NCBI GenBank assembly: GCA_965223845.1
Contig: CBDCXR010000004.1
Location: 5,952,001-6,016,000 of the forward strand
DNA length: 64,000 bases
Source: Planctomycetota bacterium
GTDB taxonomy: Bacteria; Planctomycetota; UBA8108; SXIK01
Direction of reading: 5' to 3'
The translations under genes and the position numbers were made by a program. This document shows positions 62,852 through 64,000 of this stretch, in pieces; within the stretch, counting starts at the first letter, position 1; each line of letters starts with the position of its first letter. The notes beneath the pieces were generated by a model. It was not told where the DNA came from. It saw nothing but the letters and a program-made list of their open reading frames with translations, and ran no database searches.

Positions 62852-64000
62852 CGGAGACTCCTTTCGCGACGCGCGAGGGCGGATTCGGGCGCGGTCGGAG
62901 TTCTGTGCTAGTGCCCCGAATCAGCCCCTTCAACTCATCGACGACTTGGGTCAACGCGGCCGCTCGCTGCTGGAGCTCGGTCGCGAGGACCGCGGATTCC
63001 TTGGTTCCGCGCGCGTACGATTCCCCGACGGCGTCGATCTGAGCGATCGAGCGGCCCAGGCTGTCGATGCTCTGGGCCTGCGCCTGGCTCGAGTCGCTGA
63101 TGCCGTCGACGAGCACGCCGGTCTTCTCGGCGTTCGCCGTGATCTCGGCGAGGGCAACGGAGGTTGTACGCGCGATCTCTGCTCCTTTGGCAACGCTCTC
63201 GACCGCCTTCTGGATGAGTGCGGCCGAGCTCTGCGCCGCCTCGCCCGCGCTGTTGGCGAGAGCGCGAACCTCCTCCGCGACGACCGCGAACCCGCGGCCG
63301 TGCTCCCCCGCCCGCGCCGCCTCGACCGCGGCGTTGAGTGCGAGGAGATTCGTTTGGAATGCAATTTCCTCGATGGATTCGATGACGCGCGAGGTCTCGC
63401 CGGCGGCTTCGCGGATGCGCTGAAGCGAAGCGTTCAGCTCCTCCATCCACTTCGCTCCCTCGTCGACCGAATCGAGCGTGCGCGCCATCAGGTTCTCGGC
63501 TTCGGTCGCTCGCTTCGTGTTCTTCTGCGACCGTCCGGCGATGTCGCTCGCGATCGCGGTGGTCCGTTGCATCGCCGAAGATTGGCGTTCGGCTCCACCG
63601 GCGAGCTCGCGACTGGAGGTCGTCATCTTCTCGGACACGCCGGAGGTGTGACTCGCAGTCTCGGTGAGGTTCTGAATCGCCGATTCGAGCGGCGCTCCGA
63701 TCGAGCGCGCGACGCAAATCCCCACGACGACCGCTATCACGAAGGAGAGAAGCCCGACGACGATTTGGAGGTAGCGCTGACGAGTGACGAAGCGCGAGCC
63801 GTTCGCCGCGGCGTCGGAGGCGTCGCGACTAGCTGCGCGGGTATCGCGGAGGAACTCTCGATCGAGCTCGGCGAGGAGGGCGACGGATGCCACCGTGGCC
63901 TCCTGGAAACTCGCCCCGGTCGAGAGGAAGTGGCGGCGGTTCTCTGCCATGGCGTCCACCGCTCGACGAAGCTTCGTCGTCGAGGAGCGGATCCGAGTCG
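62835..64000 (-). CDS. Methyl-accepting chemotaxis protein (partial, 5' end beyond window)
   Basis: TM helix then '[37 protein letters not shown]' signalling hairpin. Confidence 0.92.
   Translation of the reverse strand, partial: TRIRSSTTKLRRAVDAMAENRRHFLSTGASFQEATVASVALLAELDREFLRDTRAASRDASDAAANGSRFVTRQRYLQIVVGLLSFVIAVVVGICVARSIGAPLESAIQNLTETASHTSGVSEKMTTSSRELAGGAERQSSAMQRTTAIASDIAGRSQKNTKRATEAENLMARTLDSVDEGAKWMEELNASLQRIREAAGETSRVIESIEEIAFQTNLLALNAAVEAARAGEHGRGFAVVAEEVRALANSAGEAAQSSAALIQKAVESVAKGAEIARTTSVALAEITANAEKTGVLVDGISDSSQAQAQSIDSLGRSIAQIDAVGESYARGTKESAVLATELQQRAAALTQVVDELKGLIRGTSTELRPRPNPPSRVAKGVSDASVE

Overview
High-GC (~65-70%) bacterial window with about 34 protein-coding genes. 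No rRNA, tRNA, CRISPR array or transposase was recognised. The many secreted proteins carrying 'RGDAN..G..D.SD.I..L..LF' dockerin-like tails, together with Tat-signal Gfo/Idh/MocA and PQQ-propeller genes, suggest a Planctomycetota-type genome (inference). Main content: (1) a minus-strand operon with an orphan ABC ATPase, tandem-domain modA, modB, modC, a MoaD/ThiS protein and a HesA-type E1-like enzyme; (2) six dockerin-bearing secreted proteins, three also with cohesin-like domains, including a double integrin-alpha propeller protein, two tandem CotH-kinase/lamin-tail paralogues and a low-GC chlorophyllase/cutinase-like hydrolase; (3) a compact hybrid cluster: PKS-NRPS (KS-AT-ACP-aminotransferase-C-A-PCP), NRPS (docking-C-A-dead KR-T-Cys-TE) and a membrane acyltransferase-3; (4) an MCP / TonB-dependent receptor / YfiR module; (5) a dispersed (CGAAG)x4 REP-like repeat family and a repeat-rich spacer containing an ECF sigma fragment. 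The most novel-looking candidate is the PKS-NRPS/AT3 unit. It has no starter module, a catalytically dead KR between A and T, two Gly-type A domains and a Cys-nucleophile thioesterase. All calls are from motif reading by eye; no database searches were run.
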